DNA of 64,000 nt from Haliotis cracherodii. Taxonomy: Eukaryota. How positions within the stretch are numbered: position 1 is the first letter of the stretch; each line of letters starts with the position of its first letter. Under the pieces are notes generated by a model. That model was not told the DNA's origin and did not search any database. It was given only the letters and a program-made list of their open reading frames with translations. Of this stretch, positions 52,160 to 64,000 are shown piece by piece. A program made the position numbers and the translations under genes. The DNA lies in the NCBI RefSeq assembly GCF_022045235.1, contig NW_027266319.1, positions 2,914,001 to 2,978,000 of the forward strand, read 5' to 3'.

Positions 52160-52924
52160 CAATCAGATATACTTTCACCGTCAGCTTGCTCTATGACAGA
52201 AATACTAACAACGCATTGAGGAAAACATATATTTTTTAAACCTCGGCGGGATGCGAATCTGCAATCACTTGCTTTGTAGTCCTTTACGCTACCACCTGTG
52301 CTACAAAGACTGTTCTCACAATTTTCCCTAGTCGCCCAAAACCGAGTTTGGTTAAGTTGTACATTTTATGTTGATATTGTACCAAGTTCGGTGTAAGTCC
52401 TGGTGGTATATACAATGCTCGTGAATCTGATTTGCACATCTACTTTCAATATATATGATACGTCTTATCCATATTTGACTTATTGCCTAATGCTATACAG
52501 TTTATAGAAACGTTTACACATGTTCAAATTGTAAAAATGTTTAAAATCTAAAAATAATTTGTGGGGGATGTTGTGTCTAGGTGGTTTTCAGGCTGTGAGG
52601 CGATAGCTCATTTCAGGTGTTGAGTAAGTGAGTATGGTTTTACGCCGCTTTTAGCAATATTCTAGCAATATCACGGCGGGGGACACCAGAAATGGGCTTC
52701 ACACATTGTACCCATGTCGGGAATCGAACCCGGGTCTTCGGCGTGACGAGCGAACGCTTTAACCACTAGGATACCCGACCGCCCCTTCAGGTGTTGAGAC
52801 CTGTATACATTTAGAAAGAACACACCAGATGTGTTTTCCTTTTAGGATTTAAACACAATCCTCATCCTGTTTACACCTGAACACGCTTGTCTGTGTTTAA
52901 ATTGTAAAAATATTGTTTACAGTG
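52160..52924. mobile_element. Repeat copy 2 (homologous to 49672-50392), interrupted by a family A SINE
   Basis: Shared cgctaccacctgtgcta, tgtaccaagttcg, cgtgaatctgatttg and gtttacagtg. Confidence 0.6.
52625..52785 (-). mobile_element. Family A SINE, consensus-like, with a 13-bp TSD
   Basis: TSD ttcaggtgttgag at 52612-52624 and 52786-52798. Confidence 0.95.
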
Positions 52925-53567
52925 TACTTATGATCATTGTTGGTTGGAATTCATATTCCAAGAAAGGACAAGCAGCGCCTAGTACGGCCAAGGGAGTCTG
53001 TACTGTGTTAAGCGAACTGTGGCTCCTTATACACCTATACTGCTATCCACCTACACTGATTTAAATGTTAGTTTGATTATAAGCTGTTATATTTAATTGA
53101 TATTGACCTTCGCTGTAAAATGATCCGCTGCTACAAACACCCATACACTCTGTAGTGTTAATGTGGAAATGTACTCCCTCAGATCAAAGATGATAACTAA
53201 ATATAGATGTAAATGTTGAGTGCTGTATATCTGTCTACCACGTACCCCACACAGACTCATCTCAGGGGGTGGAATCTGTTACTCAGGTTAAAACAGTCAA
53301 CAGCTTCCAGAACAAGTGGAAACATATTCTCACGATCACGTTCAATGTCAAGGCAGCGATGTTATTGTGCCACCACGGTGATGTCGCTGTCGGTGGAGGC
53401 GCAGGTATTGATCGCCAGTGAGGATGCACAGGATGTACGCGCGGCATACAGCGCGTCACACCTGGACCTATACCAGACGTATAGAAGTGGAGCATAAGAC
53501 CTGTCTTGGAGTGGGCGCCCGTTATTTGACATAACTTATCAGATACAGCTGCAAGCAAAACGCCGAG

Positions 53568-53692
53568 CTGAGGTGAGGTGAGGCGAGGTGAAATGAATGT
53601 GGTTAAACGTAGCGTTTATTGCACTTATATCGCGACGTGCATGCACTTGTGTTTGTGTTTGTTTGTTTGTGCGCGTGTGCATGTGTGTGTGC

Positions 53693-53728
<36 letters not shown>

Positions 53729-53985
53729 CTGCTTGTACTAGTCCGGACTATTGCCGATTTTACAGTGCTACCCCACTGAGATGCAACGCCGCAGTTTAAC
53801 ATGAATACCCCACTCAGACACAGTATACTGACTCCGAGCCGACCAGTCCTTGTTTCAGCCCTTTAATGCCGAGCGCCAGACAGGGTAACAACAAGAACCA
53901 TCTTTTAACGTCTTTTGGTATGGATCGAACCCCGGACCTTCCGCTCTCCGGGCGGACGCTCTACCAGTAGACCACGGAAGCAGTC
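53568..53985 (-). mobile_element. Meta-domain SINE (family D) with an expanded internal (gt)n
   Basis: Matches 40507-40857. Confidence 0.88.
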
Positions 53986-54075
53986 CCCAACATATGAGTG
54001 TACTAGTGTACACATATATTCCATATGTCATAACATCTGACTTAAAAGTGTAACAAAGTACTACAGTACATTATA

Positions 54076-54358
54076 TGTGTGTGTGTGTGAGTTTGGTTTA
54101 ACGCCGCTTTTAACAGTATTCCAGTTATATCGCGGCGTGTCAGCTTAATGTGGGAGGAAAGCCCGAAGTGATGCAGGTTTCAGACGTTTACCACTTCGGT
54201 GAAACCCACGAGCACGGGTATGGTACTGACAAACCTAGAAACATAATCGGGGCGAACCGGGATTCGAACCCACAATCATAGGTTTCTGGCGTGCCCAAGG
54301 GACGCAACTCTGCACAGCGAATCGCGGCGCCTTAGACGACTGGGCCACCCGTGCCCCC
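54076..54358 (-). mobile_element. tRNA-Leu-like SINE (family B) with a 12-bp TSD
   Basis: TSD cagtacattata at 54064-54075 and 54359-54370. Confidence 0.95.
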
Positions 54359-56139
54359 CAGTACATTATAAGTTACAGCAGCAGCACGAGGGGTACAAGG
54401 GGTTTTATGCTCCCCGCATTTGGTTTTATACCAGAACCCGGAGGCGAGTGGTATAAAACCTAACAATCTTTTCGATTGATAGATTAGCTTGACTTTCACT
54501 GACTTGGAAAAAGCGTGCGACTGTTAGAAGCGGGGTATAAGTTATTTATGCTGTCTCTGAGAAATTCACGTGCAGCCTGTATTGCTCGTGGAGGGGTATA
54601 AAGTATTTATTCCCCCGCTGAGAAATTTATTACCATTCAAGGCGGGTTACACAGTATTTTATCAAGATCACGTGGACCAATCAGATCTCGTCATTATGAC
54701 ATGGAGGTAAAATGATAAAATGTATATAAAACTCCTCTATGTGTGACCGTGTTGGGATATTCCACCATGATATTAATAATTATATGTTATAACGACCCAT
54801 TATGTGACTCTTATTGGTATTTAAGGACTTTCAATCAAAATATTAAGTAAATTAATGTACTGACTCTCCATTATTAACATAGTGCAAGTGTATTAACGTC
54901 TGTTAAAAAACGAAGCGACAATATATTTATCAATAATACTATTAGTAACTCTGGCATACTTGTAGTTTACGTCGCTTCAAAGCCACATCACGGCTTGGTA
55001 AAGCAAGAGTGAGACCCTTGCATTGCATCCATGTTGGGAATCAAACCAGATCTACGGCATAACTAGCCAACGCTGTAACCACTTGGCCACCCCACCGCGA
55101 CCTTATAACGTAGTGTAGCAATGCTATTTGTAGAGGTAACAATCATGGTGGATGGATCCACGTTTATTAAGTTAGTGAGTGTTTAAATGTTAACCCGCTT
55201 CAGGAATATTCTATTCGGGGACACCGAGAATGGGTTTGACTCATGTTGCTAATAAAGGAGCGACTTGGTGAGCCATCACTTCATCCACTGAGGTAACCCC
55301 TGTTCTACGTTGAGACTGAAGTGAAGTCGTTACGCACGTCACTACACGTAATTCCCCATAGCAATATAGTTAAATTACTGCCATTACTTTAGTTCTCGCA
55401 GTAGTTTAACCAAATTTTGCCAACATGAGTACACGTTTTTAACTTCCATTGTTCTCTGCGCACATTGTCACACCAACGACACATGAGGTACAACTCTTCT
55501 CCATTGTCTGTTTCACCATCAATGACAGGACAGGAGAACATTGACGAAGCGCAGTCCAACCTACTGTAGTTATTTTATGTGATCTATATGTAATTTTATT
55601 AAATAGAAGTGAGATTCACACATTCTCCACATGGGTACAAGTCCCCCGCCGCGATATATGTATATGTTATTGACAACGATGTTTGACACCGTTCACTAAT
55701 TCCCTCGAAACAATTACACCATAAAATACAAATTAAATGCAGATCCTCTTTCTACATCACTGAAAAGGATGAGAAAAACGGACAGAAATAATTATCCGTT
55801 TGAAACATATTAATCTTCGACCCGAGGCGACACATTAGGTCTTAGATTTCCTGTGTATGTCTTCTGTTCCAGTGTTTCAGAGTCGCTGTTGTCTATCCAG
55901 TAGAGAGAACATTGCTTTTGTTTTCATGTTCCCTAAAAACACAATCAATAAACGATTCTGATTCATAAAATAGAGCGACAAAACCATTTCTATACTCAAA
56001 AGAAATCCCCAAAGGGCTTCCTGCCTCACCCGTTGCTCCCGCCACAAACACATGAAAAGGCAAGTCAATTGTTCACCGTTACTTCCCTTCTCTTCCACAG
56101 ACCTAAAATAATTATAACGATAAGATCGCTTTGTTCATT

Positions 56140-58000
56140 GGTACAAGGTGGGTAAATAAGTTGGAAGGAACTGCTGGAATTTTGCTCGACATAAAGGGAA
56201 AGTTGACTACTGAAAAAATGAAATCATCCCTCTTGTCATACAGTCTTGTGGAGATTGTTTGTCGCTCTGAATCTTAGTGCATATATTTAAATATGAAACA
56301 GATGACACATTCTCAATGGTCTCCTTTATTTCTTGTTCAAATTGAAAGGCATTGTCTATTTGACAATAATTGAACGAAATGAGATCATGGACATACGAGG
56401 GCTGGTCAAAAAGTTCTAAGCTTGGCAAACTTTCAACTATGGGCCATAACAAAGTGAACTAGTCAATGTAGTACAATGTTTGAGTAGATCATTGCAAGTG
56501 TATTTGGTCTGTTGAGGCCGTTTGTATATATGTGACAGCCAGTTGAAAGTGATAGGAGTCCAAATGGACACAGAAATGGAAAAGAACGAGTACCACTGTT
56601 AAATTTTGGGCAGCTATGTTTAAGGCTGGGAGAACACGCCTTGATGATGACCACCCTAGGAATCAATGAAGATTCAACCAAGGAGAGAGAAAAAACGTAT
56701 AGTCTCAGATAGGCATATTACCATTGCTGAAGTTGAAGAAGACACAGATCTAAGCCATGGATTCACTGAAACTATTATTCATGAACATTTACAGATGAAT
56801 AACTGCTCGTTGGATGCCAAAGTTTCTAAATTCTGATCATAAGGAACAAGGAACCGACATGGCCAAAAATTTTTTAGAGTTAATTGAGGAGGATTTCGTC
56901 ATATTCAAAACGAGATTAGTGACGGGTGATGAAACACGTGTCTACCACTCTGATCCCGAGTCAAAACGTCAATTAATTGAATGGTACTATTACATCCAGG
57001 TACCAAAGAAATTCAAGTCTTCAAGATCTATTTAGAAAGTAATGGCCACTGTATTATGGGATGCAAAGTGTGTGATCCTTGTTGATTACTTAGAAAGTCA
57101 AAAGACGATTTCGAGTGCCTACTATACTGATTAACTGCTGGAGTTATATTTTTTCATGACAATGCCTCTTCTCGCACCACTCGACTTGCGAAAACCTGCT
57201 GCTACAATGTGGATTGAAGAGCTTCCTCAACCTCCATACTCGCCAGACCTGGCACCAAGTTATTTCCACCTAAACTGAAAGAACACCTTCCTGAAAAGCG
57301 CTGTGACAGTCTTTCTGACTGGAATTGTATAGCATACTATCGATATGAGAAGTGTATATAAAAGATTATATTGAAATATATAATTAAAAACACTTTCACG
57401 ACTGTTGGTTTTGTTTGTTAGGTTTAGAACATTTTGATCAGCCCTCGTACCGAAAGCTTGAATTATACTTCTTGGCCAAATTCCCTTGATTTGATTTTGG
57501 TAACCCGAGCAGAAAGTGGAGTGAGCACAGATGAAACCTTGTGGGTGCCTCATGCTTGCCTAAACGTTCTCTTCCCACATTTCACATTGAGGAAGTCCAG
57601 TTGCACATATTGTTTTCTCAGTGAACTTTGCTTTCATTTTTGACAAATTGTTCTTAGCCTTGAAGATAGATATTTATATTTAGATGTGCTCTATGCCCCA
57701 TGGATCAATGAATGACGTGTCATGGGTGACTGGTTCACAAAGTTGAAAAATAAAATGTTTTTGACACTGAACTTGGTTCTATTCTACGATGGCAGAAATT
57801 CAAGCAGATCCTTTGCGTTTTCGAGAATCCTCACGATATTAATTCCGTTTGTCTGAAATACTTCCTGTGAATATTATTGAAGAGACAAAATCCTTTCCAT
57901 AACCATAATAATTATCTGCTGAAAGTAGAGTCTATTGTACGATCCTAAGCATGTGTTTATGAAAGAAAGTACTTCCTTGATTGTAATAAGGAGTAAAGTT
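56140..58000 (-). mobile_element. Penelope-like RT remnant, interrupted by mariner
   Basis: Homologous to 1250-2000. SFRY|VHDLISFN, SYLNI and NFPFMSSKIPA motifs. Confidence 0.8.
56396..57447 (+). mobile_element. Mariner transposon, complete termini, defective transposase
   Basis: TIR cgagggctggtcaaaaagttctaa / ttagaacattttgatcagccctcg with a TA TSD. Motifs LVTGDETRV, HDNA and PPYSPDLAPS. Confidence 0.93.
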
Positions 58001-60082
58001 AACCGAACAGGGTAGTACATTTACTCAAACCAGCAATATCTATCTCTTCGTACGAATTTTTATGAAATTTGAAAATTGGGCAATACCCCACAATACTGAC
58101 GGAGAATTTTCAGCATTGCAAAATTAGGATCTTGGTGCGTATTTGTGGAAGCTTATATCAATACACTCATAAACCCCCGCAAAGAGTCTACATCAGCTAA
58201 ATATAATTCTATGAAATGTTTAGTCAGTGATATTATGATGTGCACTGTACATCAGCTGAGTTGGACCCCATCAGAAGATACCCTACATATATCACAGTGA
58301 AAGGTAATAGACAACGAGGCTCCCACGCGAAACGTGTCATTTGACATTGACCGTGATGATGGTGATTGTCATCGATACGACTTGAGAGCGAGAATCCACG
58401 TGGCTGTGAGGAGATCACGTTTTGAATCACACGTGGCTTCGGTTAACTGTCAACAGACACTACGTCACAAAGAGCTGTGACTTAATGATACCAATGTATG
58501 CAGCTGACGTGATGTGTGCAGTGTGTCCGAAATAAGTTTGTTAATGAGAATCATTCACATTTCAGATATATCTTGGTCGCTCGTATTACCAAATGTGGAA
58601 TATGGAAAGAGATTCGTTTCATTACGTTGTTCAACAACGAATTGGACATCATGTGTCGAGTATGTTCACAAAATATAACCACAAAAGTATTTAGCTTGAA
58701 TTCGGTGTCTACTCAGTGTGCCGTAAAAAGTATTCAACAACGTGGTATTTAAATGCACACGACATACTACAAAACAAGTAGTTTTCCTACGTTATTAGAA
58801 AGCTGACGTTTGTTTTGTTTTATATTCTCATATTAAGACGTGCATTTCTGCTAATTCTAGGCTGACATATTACAGGAACAATGTTGACTTTTATGACACA
58901 GGTTTCACTAGTTGTAAACTCTCAAAAGACAATTATGATTTGATTTCCGAAAATGCATAATAATTATTAATATATTGATCATTGGGTAAAATGAACATCG
59001 ACGTGGCTTAGATTTGGCTGAAGTCACGCGAATCCCACGCGATCATTACCCACCAAGGATACACTGTCCATTCCATGTTATGTTGAAGTTATAGGTCATT
59101 TTAAGGAGAAGTGTAACTAGACACTCGTTACAGCAAAATACTGCCTACTTAGACATACAGCCTGAAATTGAATGAATAAAAATGAATTTTCAGATATCAA
59201 ATTATTTACATTTAGCATTTACTGATTTTGTAGAAAATAAACACGATATGTTATTTTTGAAATACATCTGCTGCGTTCAAATGCTGCTTACAGGAAACAG
59301 GAGCGTTCAATTATTGACCCTTAATGCCACCCCAGACATTTCATAGTATACAATCAAAAGAATTTAATGAATATGACGCGTCGTGTGTTAACATGAGTGA
59401 GTGAGTATGATTTTACGGCGCTTTTAGCAATATTCCAGCAACATCACTGCTCACTGCTCAGCTGACACAGGATTGTCAGGTCCAGCCTCCATTGTTTACC
59501 GGTCACCGTCGTATGGCTAAAGTGAGTGAGTGAGTGAGTATGGTTTTACTCTGCTTTTAGCAATATTCCAGCAATATCACGGCGTGCGGGAGATTGCTGA
59601 GTCAGGCATTATAAATTGAACAAGGAAACAGACACGTACATTTTTCATGAGAATTGTGTGAGTGACGGGTACTACCGGAAGGGCAGGGAATGCTTATCCT
59701 GTCGCGAATATCTGTCATCATTCCCTTTCAGTCATCCATTCACATAATTGTCATCACTCTTAGGCCGTTCGTCCCATTGAATCTAATTCAGCAGATAATC
59801 CAGATTGATTATTTTCTGGCGTTGACGTATGACTTTACATATTCGTCATAATAATCCTTTATGAGTATCTAAATAACAGCGACCAAATTCAAGAATCTCT
59901 ATTTGCAAGTGATTCGTTAATACATGCTCATGGTATTGTCGGAATCGGCTCTGTTTTTAGCAGAAATTTCTTATGATTTGAAATGGTATGTCGCTTTTAA
60001 TTACAATAAGAAAATAGCTGTAGAAATCAAAGATTCTATAAACAGACGAAATTTTGGAACAATTACTAGAACCATCAAGACC

Positions 60083-60315
60083 AGTTGTTCAACGCCGCAT
60101 TCAGCCATATTCCAGATATATGACGGCGGTCTGTACCAGACAATCAAGAGATTGATATCATTAGCATTTATCTAATTGGTATACAATGGCATGCACCTAC
60201 CAAGTGAGCGAGCCTTACCACCTGATCGCGTTAGTCGCCTCTTACGATGAGCAAAGTCGCCTCTTACGATAAGCATAGTCGCCTCTTACGATAAGCATAG
60301 TAGCCTCTTACGACA
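60083..60315 (-). mobile_element. Family C element with the 23-bp head unit amplified 3-4 times
   Basis: Repeated tagtcgcctcttacgataagca. Confidence 0.8.
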
Positions 60316-61652
60316 GGTCCATAATATAAGCACATATACTGCAATAGGTATTGCTACTTCAGAGACTTCCTTGATAGATAAGCCCGTTAGAAACCCAGTA
60401 TGTTATGTGTCTTTGTAAGTCTATATTGACTCTCACGTGAGTGAACATTTCACTGACTTCCCATGTACTTGCCGGAATCGTACACCAAACTCTTGCAAAC
60501 ATTTCTTATGATTATGGAAAGGGTTTTGACGCTTGTATTTAAATGTCCGTCTTTCCCTTCTCTCCATGTTGAATATTGGCATTGTACTCTTTGTGCACTG
60601 ATCTCTCAGAAGGGTCAGTCTGTTGACCGATGCTGTCATCGATTGGGGACAATCGTTACCATGGTCCCGAGAGCTGCCAAACCCAATTGAATACCCTATC
60701 AAACCTGAAGTTATGGTCTGGTACTATGTATCGATGCATACAATTGATTCCAGAACACCTGGTCACCCTCTGCAGTGTCTGCTAAAGATTATACCACTCA
60801 AAGACAGAATTGTTTTTGAAAACTAATTACAAGTAACTAATGACACTAGTCCGTCCCTGATCTGATTTCAGATGTAAAACTTTCCCGTGACAATACCTTA
60901 CGGGTTTTTAACATTTGTCTGTTACTTAGACTTTATTGACGAGAAACTTCAAAAGAAGAGTCCAGGGAAAGGGAGACGGCATCATTAGGGACGAGTAAAC
61001 ACCGTGATTTATTGTTCTCCCTTTTTGCCATTATAGCAATTTGGATCAAAGCCAACATGACTGAATTCGATGGACCGACGTGAGTCACACACAGCCGTAC
61101 CTCGCCTACATATTAGTACCTCCGTCACCGGAGGCGGGAGATGGTCTTTGGTAGCTGGATACAAGCTGGTATTGAACTTGAACCTCACCGCCCACTGTCC
61201 GCCTCGTATACACACTGTGTGTGTATTAATATCTCGCAGTCAGTTGTTTGACATTCACATTCACGACTTCACGAGGAAATCTTACATTTCAGACATCGCC
61301 TAGGTAAGATGTATCCTTACAGAACCATAGGTGAGTTTGCCACTTGTGATATATGTTGTGATGTTACGAAGCTAGTGATATGTGACTGTGTTTATGTATG
61401 ATAAAGGTGTACATGTATATAATTTCATTTCGAGGACAATGCTAATTTGTTTAGATTGTATCGTGAACATTTTTACCAGGTAAGTTGTTTTGTGTTTGTT
61501 GAAATACAATGTTGTCGGTCTTTTGTTCCGGTTTTGGGATAGTTCCAGTCGGTCTGGAAATGGAGCGAACGAATGGTCCTGAAGCCAGTCCAAACAGCAT
61601 AGTGGCTTTAAGCCTGGGCAAGTGCCTACGGCACAACATGATTCCTTTCTTT

Positions 61653-64000
61653 CTACTCCGTAAAACTGTTAAACTGAACCTGTAGCTATAACACACCATT
61701 ATGTCTTTTTGTTACTCCGTAGAACTGATAAACTGAACCTGTAGCTATAACACACCATAATGTATTTTTGTTACTCTGTAAAACTGTTAAACTGAACCTG
61801 TAACTATAACACACCATAATGTCTTTTTGTTACTCCGTAGAACTGATAAACTGAACCTGCAGCTATAACACACCATAAAGTCTTTCTGTTACTCTGTAAA
61901 ACTGATAAACTGAACCTGTAGCTATAACACACCATAATGTCTTTTTGTTACTCCGTAGAACTGTTAAACTGAACCTTGTTACTCTGTAAAACTGTTAAAC
62001 TGAACCTGTAGCTATAACACACAATAATGTCTTTTTGTTACTCCGTAGAACTGATAAACTGAACCTGTAGCTATAACACACCATAATGTCTTTTTGGTAC
62101 TCCGTAGAACTGATAAATTGAACCTGCAGCTATAACACACCATAAAGTCTTTTTGTTACTCCGTAGAACTGATGAACTGAACCTGTAGCTATAACACACC
62201 ATAATGTCTTTTTGTTACTCTGTAAAACTGTTAAACTGAACCTGTAGCTATAACACACCATAATGTCTTTTTGTTACTCTGTAAAACTGATAAGCTGAAC
62301 CTGTAGCTATAACACACCATGATGTCTTTTTGTTACTCCGTAGAACTGTTAAACTGAACCTGTAGCTATAACACACCATAAAGTCTTTTTGTTACTCCGT
62401 AGAACTGATAAACTGAACCTGTAGCTATAACACACCATAATGTCTTTTTGTTACTCTGTTAAACTGTTAAACTGAACCTGTAGCTATAACACACCATAAT
62501 GTCTTTTTGTTACTCTGTAAAACTGATAAACTGAACCTGTAGCTATAACACACCATAATGTCTTTTTGTTACTCTGTAAAACTGATAAGCTGAACCTGTA
62601 GCTATAACACACCATTATGTCTTTTTGTTACTCTGTAGAACTGATAAAATGAACCTGTAGCTATAACACACCATTATGTCTTTTTGTTACTCTGTAAAAC
62701 TGATAAGCTGAACCTGTAGCTATAACACACCATAACGTCTTTTTGTTACTCCGTAGAACTGATAAACTGAACCTGTAGCTATAACACACCATGATGTCTT
62801 TTTGTTACTCCGTAGAACTGATAAACTGAACCTGCAGCTATAACACACCATGATGTCTTTTTGTTACTCCGTAGAACTCATAAACTGAACCTGTAGCTAT
62901 AACACACCATAATGTCTTTTTGTTACTCTGTTAAACTGTTAAACTGAACCTGTAGCTATAACACAACATAATGTCTTTTTGTTACTCCGTAGAACTCATA
63001 AACTGAACCTGTAGCTATAACACACCATGATGTCTTTTTGTTACTCCGTAGAACTCATAAACTGAACCTGCAGCTATAACACACCATAAAGTCTTTTTGT
63101 TACTCTGTAAAACTGATAAACTGAACCTGTAGCTATAACACACCATGATGTCTTTTTGTTACTCTGTAAAACTGATAAGCTGAACCTGTAGCTATAACAC
63201 ACCATAAAGTCTTTTTGTTACTCTGTTAAACTGTTAAACTGAACCTGTAGCTATAACACACCATAATGTCTTTTTGTTACTCCGTAGAACTGATAAACTG
63301 AACCTGTAGCTATAACACACCATAATGTCTTTTTGTTACTCTGTAAAACTGATAAACTGAACCTGCAGCTATAACACACCATAATGTCTTTTTGTTACTC
63401 TGTAGAACTGATAAACTGAACCTGTAGCTATAACACGCCATAAAGTCTTTTTGTTACTCTGTAAAACTGATAAGTTGAACCTGTAGCTATAACACACCAT
63501 AATGTCTTTTTGTTACTCCGTAGAACTGTTAAACTGAACCTGTAGCTATAACACACCATAATGTCTTTTTGTTACTCCGTAGAACTGATGAACTGAACCT
63601 GTAGCTATAACACACCATAATGTCTTTTTGTTACTCTGTAAAACTGTTAAACTGAACCTGTAGCTATAACACACCATAATGTATTTTTGTTACTCCGTAG
63701 AACTGATAAACTGAACCTGCAGCTATAACACACCATTATGTCTTTTTGTTACTCTGTAAAACTGATAAGCTGAACCTGTAGCTATAACACACCATAATGT
63801 CTTTTTGTTACTCTGTAAAACTGATAAACTGAACCTGTAGCTATAACACACCATAATGTCTTTTTGTTACTCCGTAGAACTCATAAACTGAACCTGTAGC
63901 TATAACACACCATAATGTCTTTTTGTTACTCCGTAGAACTCATAAACAGAACCTGTAGCTATAACACACCATGATGTTTTTTTGTTACTCTGTAAAACTG
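61653..64000. repeat. 59-bp satellite running off the window end
   Basis: Unit ttactccgtagaactgataaactgaacctgtagctataacacaccataatgtctttttg, about 40 copies. Confidence 0.97.

Larger units (their letters stand above)
53290..61214 (-). pseudogene. Candidate ZP-domain gene remnant (copy A); exons 61214-61101, 60704-60437, 58446-~58225, 53548-~53362
   Basis: Phase-compatible splices (1/1, 2/2). VCIRGGQWAVRFKF..GLIGYSIGF..C..C..VKCSL; SNDTFRVGASLSITF..GVQLS*CTV; LYVWYRSRC-x9-C-x8-C. Stops and frameshifts in the 3' exons. Confidence 0.45.

Overview
Repeat-rich eukaryotic genomic DNA, with an assembly gap at 37848-38086. It looks molluscan, and the SINE families suggest abalone or another gastropod, but this is inference. 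No intact cellular gene is obvious from the ORF track. Most of the window is a mosaic of decayed mobile elements. These include five SINE-type families (tRNA-Asp-like, tRNA-Leu-like, Meta-domain, 5S/Deu-like, and one with no Pol III head but a structured 5' end), CR1/L2-group LINE remnants (one with a 2A-like motif), Penelope-like RT remnants and pLTRs carrying hammerhead-like motifs, Tc1 and mariner remnants, DIRS RNase H and Crypton fragments, MITEs, and six minisatellite arrays (units of 42, 26, 11, 46-47, 20/60 and 59 bp). Between the repeats I read three sets of minus-strand, GT-AG-bounded, mostly phase-compatible exon remnants (~5.9-6.7, ~26.5-37.1 and ~53.3-61.2 kb). Their joined peptides have the Cys and motif layout of zona pellucida (ZP) domains. 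This suggests a tandem cluster of decaying ZP (egg-coat/VEZP-like) genes. The ZP call comes from pattern recognition only and needs an HMM search.
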